DNA of 63,391 nucleotides, counting the filler, from Octopus bimaculoides (taxonomy: Eukaryota), in assembly GCF_001194135.2 (NCBI RefSeq). It is 5 parts of 5 records of this genome, joined end to end, with 100 filler letters (N's around TTAATTAATTAA, not from the genome) between each part and the next. Parts side by side here need not be neighbours in the genome. Positions count along the whole stretch, not along the records: positions 1 to 20,782 come from NC_068982.1; positions 20,883 to 46,184 come from NC_068986.1; 3 more parts are not named here. One strand, written 5' to 3'. The notes under the pieces are model-generated. The model was not told the DNA's origin. It did not search any database and saw only the letters and a list, made by a program, of their open reading frames with translations. Shown in pieces: positions 10,958 through 23,202 of the stretch (positions within the stretch are counted from its first letter, which is position 1; every line of letters begins with the position of its first letter). The translations under genes were made by a program, and so were the position numbers.

Positions 10958-11030
10958 GCCTCCGTAGCCCAATGGATAAGGCATCGGCCTCCTAAGCCGG
11001 GAATTGCGGGTTCGAGTCCCGTCGGAGGTA
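10958..11030 (+). tRNA. tRNA-Arg-CCT: tRNA-Arg(CCT) copy 7
   Basis: 73 nt; three substitutions (A9, T27 wobble, variable-loop G->A); T-run downstream. Confidence 0.88.
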
Positions 11031-11416
11031 TCGGGTTTGTTTTTTATATTTTAATTTCTGTGTGATTTCACAAATTTGGTAATTTTTATCTCATAAATAC
11101 AATAGAACTCAATATTCTGTATCATATTTTCGCAAATTCCTCCATAATCCAATTTTTCCAAAGGAGATGATAAACTGCAATAAAGGCGATTGCTTAAAGG
11201 AATTGGTCGGTTTTTTTTCCTTTTGTGAAGGAAATTTTCCCTCCCGTGACCATAATGGTATTCCAGCCGTAACCATCCCGCCTTTTGGTGTACTCGAGAA
11301 CAATTACTTTATTCAGTATATACTCCCCCCTTTAAGATGCTTGGCTGTATGGCTGCTATGTCTAGCAGATCAAGCAACAACGTAACGGTTCCGTCTGTTG
11401 GAACTAGTTTTGTAGT

Positions 11417-11557
<141 letters not shown>

Positions 11558-12044
11558 GTTGAGTAATGCATCATGATTAAATTAATCTGTCATTGGTATG
11601 CAAATTGGACACACCAGTTTCATTGAGTCTTAATATTCTTCTCCCTTATTTTCTAGACACAAGCTACAAATTCCTCTGTTGACAGAAGATAGAGATTCAT
11701 GAGATGGGGGTGCATGAAAATCAGAAACTGATTGCAATTAATCCCACGCTTTCTGTCCACAGAGACATAACACCAGTTTATAATGCAACAATTCCATCGA
11801 TTTAAAATGCTATGCCTCAATATTACAAGAATGAAAAATAAAAGGTATGGTGTGCATGGTGTTATAAAGAACGTTAGAGGGAGATTTTAGCCATTAATTG
11901 CATGGATCACCTCAGTTGTGTTATTTTCTTTTTATATTTCACATATGAAACGCTGTTGTTTTTAAATATAGTGCTGGAGGTGAAGTCACTGTCTCTATGT
12001 GGCAGAAATGGTGAAGGATGTATGTATGTCTCTTCTGTTTTTTA

Positions 12045-13060
12045 ATTATTATAAATCTTCCACAAAGATGGGAGCCGGCTTCCCTCAAAAATACACGGCT
12101 CCATCTTTGGGATGTTAGTTAACATAAACAAATTCGTATTTGGAACTTTGGAAAAGTCTTGCATATTTTTACTGTTCCACTCACAGATTGCACTTGTAAT
12201 GTACGAATCAACTGGTCGATTTCTCTTTCTGAAAATCCCAGTTTATCCAGATTCTCCTTTAAGCATTTACTAACAAAACCTAACGCACCATTTGTTATTG
12301 GTATGAATATGAATTCATAGCCTGGATATAGAAGCTGGAGGTTTCGAAGCAGTTGTCCATAGATATCCTCTTTTCCTTTGATTTTCAAAGAGATATTTAT
12401 ATCTGCAGGGCAGCTGACCTCTATGGTGGTACATACTTTTGCTCCTCTGTTCCAAACAACAATATCCAACCTGTTATGTTTACATTTGACAGAGGTTTTG
12501 ATGGGAATATTCCACCAGTATTCCTTGAGTTGGTGCTTATGAATGTGTTCCATAACAGAGGGGTTTTCTAAGTTTATTTCAGGAGAGTCTTTTTTGCGGA
12601 TGACATTGTAAATTGTTTTAGCGACAACATCGTGCCGCATAGGGAGGTAGTACTGTGACGACAGCTGCTAATCACATGCGTGATGTCTTCCACAGAAACA
12701 TGGCATAGCCTACTCATGCGGTTGCACCTTGGCATTACAAGAGCCTCATTGTCTCTCTTGTTCACCAGGTACTTTGTGGCAATCTTCTGTTCCCGGATTG
12801 CCAATGCATGGCCTTCAAAGTGTGATGTGATGCAATAGACTTGTGTCCAAGAGAGGCTGCGCTTCTGCTGTCTTCTTCAAGCTTCCGGGCAACATATCCA
12901 TGCATGATCTTTTTTTCTTTTTGTATGCTGAGTGCTTTCCATCCAGGTCTTCTCTGAGGTAAGAGAGCCCAGCTGTTTCGGGGCTGTATAGGAGATCATC
13001 AGGAAGAGAGTATTTCATGAGGAGTTCACTACCAACTCGTACAATGTTGCTCACTTTTTG
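12045..13060 (-). mobile_element. 5'-truncated, frameshifted non-LTR retrotransposon of an RLE clade (R4/Dong- or NeSL-like)
   Basis: Three consecutive minus-strand ORF pieces give a CCHC knuckle (RLCHVSVEDITHVISSC), an RHD motif (RHDVVAK) and a restriction-like endonuclease (HNRLDIVVW...IEVSCP...KEDIY, PITNGALG); 3' stem-loop and short (TAA) tail. Confidence 0.85.
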
Positions 13061-13448
13061 TTAGACTTTAAAAAAATAGGCACTGGGGTCGATTCTTTTT
13101 TTCCTCAAAAATTCTTCAAAGATATGCTCCAGCACGGCCGGCGTCTGGTTTAGTGGTTATGGTGTTATATCTATGGTCATAAGATTGTGATTTCACTTCC
13201 TGGTGCGGGTGATGTAACGTGTTCCTCTGCAAACCATTTTGTTTCACCTTGCTCCATTCCACTCAAATGGTAACGACGAGTAAATCCTCCGACGGACCGA
13301 CGACCGGGGGATTATATGCGCCACAGAATCCGGGAAACGACCTTAGGATCAATGACCAACGACGGACCTCGCATGCATACATTTGTGCACGTGTGTAGAG
13401 GTAGATAAAAGGGCGCTGGTGGGGCTGTGTGAACTATCTATCTATCTG

Positions 13449-13498
<50 letters not shown>

Positions 13499-13733
13499 CG
13501 CACGTGTTTCTGTGTTTGTCCCCCACTGCTTGACAACCGGTATTGTTATGTTTATGTCCCTATAAAGTAGCGGTTCGGCAAAAGAGACTGGTAGAATAAG
13601 TACCAAGCTTAATAAAGGAGTCTTGGGGTTAATTCATGCGACTAAAAAATGCTTGACGAAGGTGCTCCTGCATGGGCGTAGACTACTGACTGAAACAAGT
13701 AAAAGAAGTGTATGCGCTTGTGTAAATGTACAC

Positions 13734-14420
13734 AGGCGCAGGTGTGGCTGTGTGGTAAGTAGCTTGCTAACGAACCACATGGTTCCAGGTTCAGTCCCAC
13801 TGCGTGGCACATTGGGCATGTGTCTTCTACTATAGCCTAGGGCCGACCAAAGCCTTGTGAGTGGATTTGGTAGATGGAAACTGAAAGAAGCCCGTCGTAT
13901 ATATATATATATATNNNNNNNNNNNNNNNNNNNNNNNNNNNNNNNNNNNNNNNNNNNNNNNNNNNNNNNNNNNNNNNNNNNNNNNNNNNNNNNNNNNNNN
14001 NNNNNNNNNNNNNNNNNNNNNNNNNNNCCGATAGAATAAGTACTAAGCTTACAAAGAATAAGTCCTGGAGTTGATTTGTTTGACTAAAGGCGGTGCTCCA
14101 GCATGGCCGCAGTCAAAATGACTGAAACGAATAAAAGAATAAAAGAATATAAATATATATATATATATATATATATGCGTGTGTATGTGTGTGTGTACTC
14201 GTGTATTTATGTGCCTGTATTTGTCCCCCCACAATCGTTTGACAACCGATGCTGGTGTGTTTACGTCCCTGTAACTTAACCGTTCAGCAAAAGAGCCCGA
14301 TAGAATAAGTACTAGGCTTACAAAAAATAAGTCCTGGGGTCGATTTGTTCGACTAAAAGGCGGAGCTCCAGCATGGCCGCAATCAAATGACTGAAACAAG
14401 TAAAAGAGTAGAAGAGTAAA
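13734..14420 (+). mobile_element. SINE family A with N gap, plus a second tail copy
   Basis: Head at 13734; tails at about 14028-14148 and 14215-14410. Confidence 0.75.
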
Positions 14421-14815
14421 CCACAAAGATTGAACAAGAGGGAAAGAGAGAGAGAGAGGGGAGAGAGAGAAAGAAAGAGAAAGAGAGAGAGAGTGTGTGT
14501 GTGCAGGTAAGAGGCTGACAACACATAAATATACGACGTGTGTGTGTGCGTGTGTGCGTGTGTGCGTAAAAGCAGGCAACACTATTAAAATGGAGTTGTG
14601 TTGAAGACATTGATTGGGGAAGAGAGAGAAAGAGTGAGAGAGAGACTGAGAGAGAGAGAGAGAGAGCGATAGATAGAGAGTTTGTTGGCGTGTGTGAGAA
14701 GAGGCATGCGATAGAAGGGGAAGCGTTGATTGACGTCATAGTGATGTGACTCAAGACACACACACGCACATACATACGCACATACAATAGAGACCGAAAG
14801 AGAGACAGAGAGACT

Positions 14816-14852
<37 letters not shown>

Positions 14853-15146
14853 GAAAGAGAGAGAAAACGTGTGTTTTGATGCATTCGAGCCTTGTTTGTC
14901 AATTGGAAGACGGACAGAATAATAAACGAGAGAGAGAAAGGGAGTTGTAATAGTATAGTATAAAAAGAAAGAAGTATAGTAAAAGAGGGAGTGGGAAGTA
15001 GAGAAAGACAGAGAGGGAGGAATATGATAAAAGAAAGAAGAGGGAGAGGAGGGAGAGTAAATAAACGAAGAACGACAGACAGGAAGAAAATGACAACAGA
15101 CTTGTAAATAGTATAAAACCTCATTTATGCTGTTCTGCTGCTGTGA

Positions 15147-15219
15147 GCCTCCGTGGCCCAATGGATAAGGCACCGGCCTCCTAAGCCGGGGATTGCGGGT
15201 TCGAGTCCCGTCGGAGGTA
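15147..15219 (+). tRNA. tRNA-Arg-CCT: tRNA-Arg(CCT) copy 8 (consensus)
   Basis: Identical to copy 4; TTTTT at about 15228. Confidence 0.97.
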
Positions 15220-15329
15220 GATTATATATTTTCGTTTTTATTACTTACGTTTCACCTTCGTTTATGTTACGTCCGTTCATTTCATTTATTTTTCATCGCT
15301 TATTTGTTTCTGTCGTTGGTTTGTGGCCA

Positions 15330-15640
15330 TACTGCAGCTTCCACTTAAAAGATTTTAGTCGAATAAGTCGACCTCGCTTCTTCTATTTTAAAGTTTGATA
15401 CGTATTTGATGGTCATGTTTTGCCGAACCGCTAAGTTGTCGAGGCGTAAACAAACTAACACTGGATGTCAAGAGATGGGTCGGGTTAACACAGACACACA
15501 GGTTCGCGCGCAGACAGGCTTCCACACAGTCTCTGTCTGCCAAATTCACTCGACCCGTAACTATAGAAGACATTTTCCCAAATTGCCGCGCAGTGAGGCT
15601 GAACCCAAAACCATATCTCTGTCCCCCTCTCACTCTCTCT
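15330..15640 (-). mobile_element. SINE family A
   Basis: Reverse-complement homology to family A. Confidence 0.65.
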
Positions 15641-16249
15641 CTATCTCTGTCGCCTTCTCTTCCTCTCCCTGCTCTCTTTCCTTCTCTCTCATACACACAC
15701 TATCGCTGTATTTATTCCCACTTAAACGTGGATGTTCTGCTAAAAGAAACTTTACTGTAGTAGACACGATGAGAGAAGCTCTCGCGTAGGCTTTTGGTGT
15801 TAAATGCTTGTTTATATCGCTAGCGGGGAGGTAACTCCCCACCTACTCCAGCGCCGAGACCACCAGCTCACGCCATTTCGACCTCACAAAACATCCGCGT
15901 TTGCCTCCCGGTATTAATACGTTACGGGGATGTAAACACACCTACACCAGTTGTCAAGTGGTGGTGGGGAATAAACAGGGACACAGACACGCACATACGA
16001 CATATAATCCTATTCCGCCGAGGTCGACTTTGCCTTTCATCCTTTCGGGTTCGATAAACTAAGTACCAGTTACGCATTGGGGTCGATGTAATCGACTTAA
16101 TCCCTTTGTCTGTCTTTGTTTGTCCCCTCAATGTTTAACCCCTTATGGGCAATAAAGAAATAGGTATTAATACTGCCTCTGTCGTTAATATATGCATAAC
16201 ATTTTACAATCGCTGCAGTCTGGTAAATTATGATGTTGAAAGATATAGA

Positions 16250-17129
16250 ACAGGCGATGTGTGGTAAGAAGGCTGCTTCCCAACCACATGGTTCCAGGTT
16301 CAGTCCTACGGTTCACTTCCACTGGCATGACACCTTGGGCAAGTGTCTTCTACTATAGCCTGGGGTCGATCAAAGCCTTCAGAGTAAATTTTGGAGACGG
16401 AAACTGAAAGAAGCCCGTAGGCAGAAAGTCATGTCAGTTTGGAAGCTGTTTTAGAATGGTGCTGTCCTGGTAGTTGGCGTATCTTTTACTTCGTTCCAGT
16501 CATTAGACCGCGGCCATGCTGGAGCACCGCCTTCAAGGATTTTAGTCAAACGAATCGACCCCTGCATCGATCAGTACATTTTTTTTCTTTTATCAAACCA
16601 GGTACTTATTTTATCAGTCTCGTTTGCTGAACCGCTACGTTACGGGGATGTAAACACACCGACACCGGTTGTCAAGTGGGGGTGCGGAATAAACAGGGGC
16701 ACACAAATACAGACCCGCGCATACTACATATAATCCTATATGTATGCATATGTATACACATACGCATTTTTCTATTTTTTTATTCTTTTATTTGTTTCAG
16801 TCCTTTGATTGCGGCCATACTGGAGCACCGCCTTTGGTCGAACGAATTGACTCTGGGACTTATTCTTTGTCTCTTCGCCGAACAGCTAATTTACGGGGAC
16901 GTAAAGACACCAACATCGATTGTCAAGCGACAGTAGGGGAAGATACACAAATACACTAACACACACACACGATGGGCTTTCAGTTTCCATCTATCAAATT
17001 CATTCACAAGGCTTTAGAGGGCCGAGGCTTTAGTTGAAGACACTTGTCCAAGGTGACACGCAGTGGGACTGAACCCGGAGCTATGAGGTTGGGAAGAAAA
17101 GTTCTTACCACACAGCTAAACCTGCGCCT
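16250..17129. mobile_element. Cluster of three SINE family A pieces (+ 16250-16420, - 16490-16720, - 16775-17129)
   Basis: Homology to family A head and tail segments. Confidence 0.7.
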
Positions 17130-17819
17130 GTGTTAGTGCGTAATAGAATGCAGGTTTGTGTGGGAGAATTGTGTGTCGTAAAATCCGTGACAGACTATAT
17201 GTGTGTGTTCGTGTACAGGTACAGACTGTACACGTTCGTTGCTTATACGCGCGTGAAGTGTCAGTTTTTAAACAGATTGGTCATTTGATTATCTGCGGAT
17301 TGGTCAAGTGATGTAGACACTGATGAGAAGTCAATAAGGTTCGAAAACTCATGAATGTTGTTCCTTATTTTATTTATTTTCAGTTTACAGGAAAATAGTT
17401 AAATTTGCCCTATTTATATGTTTACAGCGTATATTATACATGCATACTAACATGCACACACACATTCAATATACGCGCATGCTCATATATACATATAACT
17501 TTTATTCTTTTTCTTGTTTCAGTCATTGGACTGAGGCCATGCTGGAGCACTGTGCTCAAGATTTTAGCACTTCTGGGAGTTATTCCATCGGATAGTTTGA
17601 CGGGAACATAAACAAACCCACACCGATTGTGGAGTGGCAACAGAGAAGTACAAAGACGCACAAAACACAGAAGCACACACACACACATACGTGTTTGTGT
17701 TGTGTATTATATATATGTGTGTGCGTGTGTGTGTGTGCGTGTGTATGCGGTGCGTGTACATACACACACATTCACTCATATATTTACATACTGATGGATG
17801 AGCATGAGTGTGTGTCTAT

Positions 17820-17859
<40 letters not shown>

Positions 17860-18145
17860 CCCTTTTGTATTTGTTTATTAAGATTCTTAATGTAAACTCA
17901 TGTTTTGAAACAGATATTTCTGTGATTTGAGGAATCCGAGACGTGGGTGGAGGGAGGGGAGGGTTTGGTGGGGGCGAGTTTGGGGTGGATTTGGGGAAGA
18001 AGCCATTCAGCCAATAAAACAGACGTTGTTTGTATTTCCCCGTCTTTATTGTTGACTAATTGATCAATTAATCAATAATAATTGGCCACATCGATTTTTT
18101 TTTTTACAATGTCTTTCACCCCACCCCATCCATCATGTATCTTAT

Positions 18146-18359
18146 CTTTTTCTACTCTAGGCACTAGGCCTGAAATTTTAGGGGAGGGGACCAGTCGATT
18201 AGATCGACCCCAGTACGCAACTGGTACTTAATTTATCGACACCGAAAGGATGAAAGGCAAAGTCGACCTCGGCGGGATTTGAACTCAGAACGTAAAGACA
18301 AACGAAATACCGCTAAGCATTTCCTCCCGGCCTGCTAACGCTTCTGCCAGCTCGCTGCC
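18146..18359 (-). mobile_element. SINE family B, well preserved
   Basis: Full head-to-tail reverse-complement match. Confidence 0.85.
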
Positions 18360-19387
18360 TTCCCATCATGCGTCTTATCAACATCCTTCAGTAGAGTGGC
18401 GAAGGAGTTTGTAAAAAATAAAAAGAGACTGAATCGATGATGCATTGATCAGCTCATTAATCGATTGTGTAAATTGTTATTGGTAAAATATCAGAGCAGC
18501 AGGATAAGTTGCCTTGAAGTGTGTCATCCGATTCTTTGCAATCTGAGTTCTTTAGTGCCNNNNNNNNNNNNNNNNNNNNNNNNNNNNNNNNNNNNNNNNN
18601 NNNNNNNNNNNNNNNNNNNNNNNNNNNNNNNNNNNNNNNNNNNNNNNNNNNNNNNNNNNNNNNNNNNNNNNNNNNNNNNNNNNNNNNNNNNNNNNNNNNN
18701 NNNNNNNNNNNNNNNNNNNNNNNNNNNNNNNNNNNNNNNNNNNNNNNNNNNNNNNNNNNNNNNNNNNNNNNNNNNNNNNNNNNNNNNNNNNNNNNNNNNN
18801 NNNNNNNNNNNNNNNNNNNNNNNNNNNNNNNNNNNNNNNNNNNNNNNNNNNNNNNNNNNNNNNNNNNNNNNNNNNNNNNNNNNNNNNNNNNNNNNNNNNN
18901 NNNNNNNNNNNNNNNNNNNNNNNNNNNNNNNNNNNNNNNNNNNNNNNNNNNNNNNNNNNNNNNNNNNNNNNNNNNNNNNNNNNNNNNNNNNNNNNNNNNN
19001 NNNNNNNNNNNNNNNNNNNNNNNNNNNNNNNNNNNNNNNNNNNNNNNNNNNNNNNNNNNNNNNNNNNNNNNNNNNNNNNNNNNNNNNNNNNNNNNNNNNN
19101 NNNNNNNNNNNNNNNNNNNNNNNNNNNNNNNNNNNNNNNNNNNNNNNNNNNNNNNNNNNNNNNNNNNNNNNNNNNNNNNNNNNNNNNNNNNNNNNNNNNN
19201 NNNNNNNNNNNNGCTGCAATCGCCGTGGGAGGTACTGAACATTCGACCGACAGGCTCAGCAACCTTTCCGTGAGGAGTTTTGGCTAAAAACGGGTCAGCA
19301 CAAGACAACACCTTATGTACATTGCCCAACTACCCGATCAAAGGTGAAAATATAAAATGAATAGAATTAGATAAGTTGATATATGTT

Positions 19388-19524
19388 CTGCACTTCCCGT
19401 GGAGAATATATCTCTCTTATGGTAAAAAGGCGTCTGCGATTTCTTATAGATGGTGACACTGAACGAACCGGTGTTTTCACACCCTTTTACCAGAAGAGAG
19501 ATATATTCTCCACGGTAACTGCAG
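19388..19524. mobile_element. 137-bp inverted-repeat element (MITE-like)
   Basis: 46-bp arms 19388-19433 and 19479-19524 with 5 mismatches; no clear TSD. Confidence 0.55.
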
Positions 19525-19654
19525 TGTATTTGTCTTTTAGCAGTTGAAATATTTCAGCTTACTTAATTCTGCTCATAACCTGGACACTGCTTAACGCTAA
19601 CACTTCGTTATCTTCCCTCGGTCCGGCGATCTACTACCTATAGGAGTGGCTTGC

Positions 19655-19822
19655 AGGCGCAAGAGTGGCTGTGTGGTAAGAAGCTTGCTTCTCAACCACA
19701 TGATTCCGGGTTCAGTCCCACTGCGTGGCACCTTGGGCAAGTGTCTTCAACTAAAGTCTCGGGCCGATCAAAGCCTTATGAATGGATTTGGTAGACGGTA
19801 ATTGAAAGAAGCCTGTTGTATA
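19655..19822 (+). mobile_element. SINE family A, 5' half
   Basis: AGGCGCAAGAGTGGCTGTGTGG...GGGTTCAGTCCCACTGCGTGGCACCTTGGGCAAG. Confidence 0.8.
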
Positions 19823-20748
19823 ATTTTTTAAACTCAAAACAATGCAAATTGAAAAAAAAAAATTAATAATACCGGTCGATGGTGAGTACTATTAACTGGC
19901 ATCGCTAGGAAATTTACAGAGAAAAGATGTTGATAGCTCTCAACACCTTTTCTTCATAAATTTCCCGAAGAAGGATTATAACCCCAAAGTTTTGAAATAC
20001 CAGAGATAATGGTATCGACGTGTGCTATCTTATAACTTTCATTGGTTTCGCTTTAAAAAAATATAATATAAAATTTCATGTATATTAGACAATGAAAACT
20101 ATACAACTCTAATCTACATCTATGTATGCATGTATGTATATATAAGTATATGTATATATATGTATGTATATCTATATGTGTGTGTGTGTGGAGAGAGAGA
20201 GAGAGAGAGGTGAAAAAACACAGATTTGTTTTAGAGGATTTAAGAGTATATTAGAGCCATGGTAATAAAGATTTACAATTTTGTACAAAATAAGGTCCTG
20301 TTCTTTCAACATAATTGAAATAAGGATTCGTTTCGCATTGCTCATCAAACTGAGAATTGAAAGCGAAATTGCTAGGGGCCGGTTCTTTTGGTCAAAGTAT
20401 CGTATCTCCAGCTGCTTCAGATGCCAAGATATGAAAATTATCAAAGTGTACTACAACGGTTTAGCATTTCACAAAAGTATGGTAAGGCCCTCATACGACA
20501 GTTTTGCAAAAATATTTCTGACTGAAAATATCATAAATGCATGGAGTTGCGATTTTATGCACCTAACAAAGAATTATTGTTAAGCTGAAACTGTCGCTAA
20601 TGTAAAAAGAAATGGAATGGTGAAACTATTTCTTTCGTTTTCTGAAAAAGCAACTTTTTGAACTTACGACACTTTTGCATAATTGCAACTATATATATAA
20701 ATATGTTTGTTCGTATGTGCTTCCCTTTGATATGTATATACATTTATT

Positions 20749-20782
<34 letters not shown>

Positions 20783-20882
20783 NNNNNNNNNNNNNNNNNN
20801 NNNNNNNNNNNNNNNNNNNNNNNNNNTTAATTAATTAANNNNNNNNNNNNNNNNNNNNNNNNNNNNNNNNNNNNNNNNNNNN

Positions 20883-20914
<32 letters not shown>

Positions 20915-20921
<7 letters not shown>

Positions 20922-21078
20922 CTTCTTTGAGTTGCCATCTACCAAATCCACCCAGAAGGATTTGGTCGGCCCTCGGCAATGATAGAAGACACTTGCTCAA
21001 AGTGTCACGCAGTGGGACTGAGCTTGTAACCACATGGTTGGTAAGCAGGCTACCTACCACACAGCTACTCCTGCGCTT
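20915..21078 (-). mobile_element. SINE family A, 5' half
   Basis: Reverse-complement homology to head. Confidence 0.75.
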
Positions 21079-21484
21079 ATATTTACATTCAGGTGTATTT
21101 CATTATTTATAAGCATTACAGTACATATCAATGTTATAATTATTAGGTCCAATTGAAATGCATTAGCCTTGAATATATTTCGTCTCAAACTGAAAGGAAA
21201 CCCTTTCTGTCTGTCTGTCTGTCTGTCTGACTCTGTCTCTTTCTCTCTGTCTGGCTGTTTCTCTTTCTGTATCTCTCTCTCTCTCTCAGTGTCTTTCAGT
21301 CTCTCTTTCTCTCGTTTTATTGTTTCTGTCTCCCTCTCTCACAGAGACAATCTAACTCGTATCTCTCTCTGTGTATATTCTCAAGACTAACATGTAGTAT
21401 ACCAAATAGGATGCCCCAAATGCAACAACTGTTACATTGGCAGCACAGTCTGAGAATTTCACTTACGACTAAAGGATGACCTCA

Positions 21485-21773
21485 TTACAACGCGTCTTCC
21501 TTCCGCAAACACTGAACTAAGTTCGGCAACGCCTCAATACTAGCCACATAGAAAATGTCCGTATTAAACCAAACACATTGATCCAGGGCCTCAAACCGGA
21601 AATGAACAGGTGATCGGAGATTGCCCTGCGGCTCTGTGAATTCATCACGACCATTACGAACATCATAATATACGACACCAACAAAATCTTTCACCATCAA
21701 CAAGTGAAAATTATGACAATGACCAACATTTGGTGAGTTTTCTGTACCAGTATTTCCAGATGTCTTTCTGCTG
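21485..21773 (-). CDS. Candidate terminal coding exon, unknown product
   Basis: About 95 open codons of non-repetitive, protein-like sequence after a T-rich tract and TAG-CAG-CAG acceptor; ends TAA TGA; no family recognised. Confidence 0.4.
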
Positions 21774-22205
21774 CTAACCAAAAATCCAAGCAGTTTAAAA
21801 TAAAATAAAGAAATGCGCATTTTTTTTAGTTTACTTCCTGAAATAGAAATCTTCTTGTAAAACTTTCTAAACTGTTAGGAGCAGTTTTTACATTCCTTTT
21901 TCTTTTTCTACTTTTCAACTACTATGCTTCAAGCGAACTACAGTGCACTTGTTTATATGTATGTGTGCGTATATATACATATAAGTGTGCTTGCACGTAT
22001 CTATGTNNNNNNNNNNNNNNNNNNNNNNNNNNNNNNNNNNNNNNNNNNNNNNNNNNNNNNNNNNNNNNNNNNNNNNNNNNNNNNNNNNNNNNNNNNNNNN
22101 NNNNNNNNNNNNNNNNNNNNNNNNNNNNNNNNNNNNNNNNNNNNNNNNNNNNNNNNNNNNNNNNNNNNNNNNNNNNNNNNNNNNNNNNNNNNNNNNNNNN
22201 NNNNN

Positions 22206-22247
<42 letters not shown>

Positions 22248-22526
22248 GTGTGTGTGTGTGTATATAAACACAAATGATATGTTAGTATATGCATATATAC
22301 GTACATGTATGTACATACCTACATCTACATGTATATTTAGATTGCATATCTGGGTACAAGACGTTGTAAAAAAAGGCCTCTGTAGTTCAGGCTTCTGTTG
22401 CTTGAAGCCACGTGATGCAACACTTAGACATCAGTCAGCCGACCTGTGCTTCGGCTGTAGTCGTACTGCCACGTGATGCATCATTGTTTTGCAGGCTTCT
22501 CCCTTCCATGTTCGTCGATTTTTGCA

Positions 22527-23202
22527 ATAGCTGAAGTGAAGCAACGGCTGTTTCTGTTAAATTCTGTTTTCTGCTGGGGAAATCGGCCTCTAAAACAGTT
22601 GTAATCTTTCAAACATATTACAAGGTCACTGCAATGAGCAAGACACACGTTTACGAGTCCTTTTTACGCTTTAGAACTGGTCAATTGTCGCTTCAAAACC
22701 AACCTCGTTCAGGGCAAACGTCGATCTTCCGAACGAATGAAAACATCATGAAAATTCATGAATTGATCTTGGAGGACAAACACCAAAAATTGACGAACTT
22801 GTAGTATGACTGATGTGTCCTGGAACTCCTGCCAATGAATTTTGAATGGGGAATGGCGAAAAAAAAGAGTTGCAGCAAAATTTGTGCCGGACTTGCTTAC
22901 AAATGAAGATCAGTCGTGACTGAATGCGTGTTGTGAACTGGAGTTCATTACTGATGACGTGAGATGGTGCTACGGACTTTGCAGATGTGGAGTAGGTGAC
23001 GAAAAGAGAAAAAAAAAACAGAGAGACATTAAAAAGCATCATTTCGCAAAGTCCCAGGACTCTTTCCAACAGTGGAACTCACTCCTCGACCGATGCGCTG
23101 CTGCAGTTGGACTGTATTTTGCAGGTGATAAAGGTGTAAACATGTAAAAGTAAGTAAATTACATATTACAAATTTTCGGTTTCTTTTGGGTACCCCCTCA
23201 TA
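22527..23202 (+). mobile_element. Decayed, internally deleted mariner transposon
   Basis: Translation gives mariner N-terminal HTH-like text (LGKSASKTV..MSKTHVYESFLRFRTG..QPRSGQTS..RVAAKFVPDLLT) with stops; right TIR TTCGGTTTCTTTTGGGTACCCCCTCA followed by TA. Confidence 0.8.

Noticed and set aside
12045-13060. tRNA-targeted insertion of the RLE LINE
   Set aside because: It lies within the cluster, but neither junction is in or next to a tRNA (about 1 kb and 2 kb away).
19213-19240. CGCCGTGGGAGGTACTGAAC resembling the 3' end of tRNA-Arg copy 6
   Set aside because: Match is short, lacks the B box, and downstream flank does not align; probably chance.
20783-20882. TTAATTAATTAA island inside Ns (also at about 46229, 50723, 62298)
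   Set aside because: 44 N + 12 nt + 44 N = 100-bp artificial scaffold spacer with stops in all six frames; not biological.
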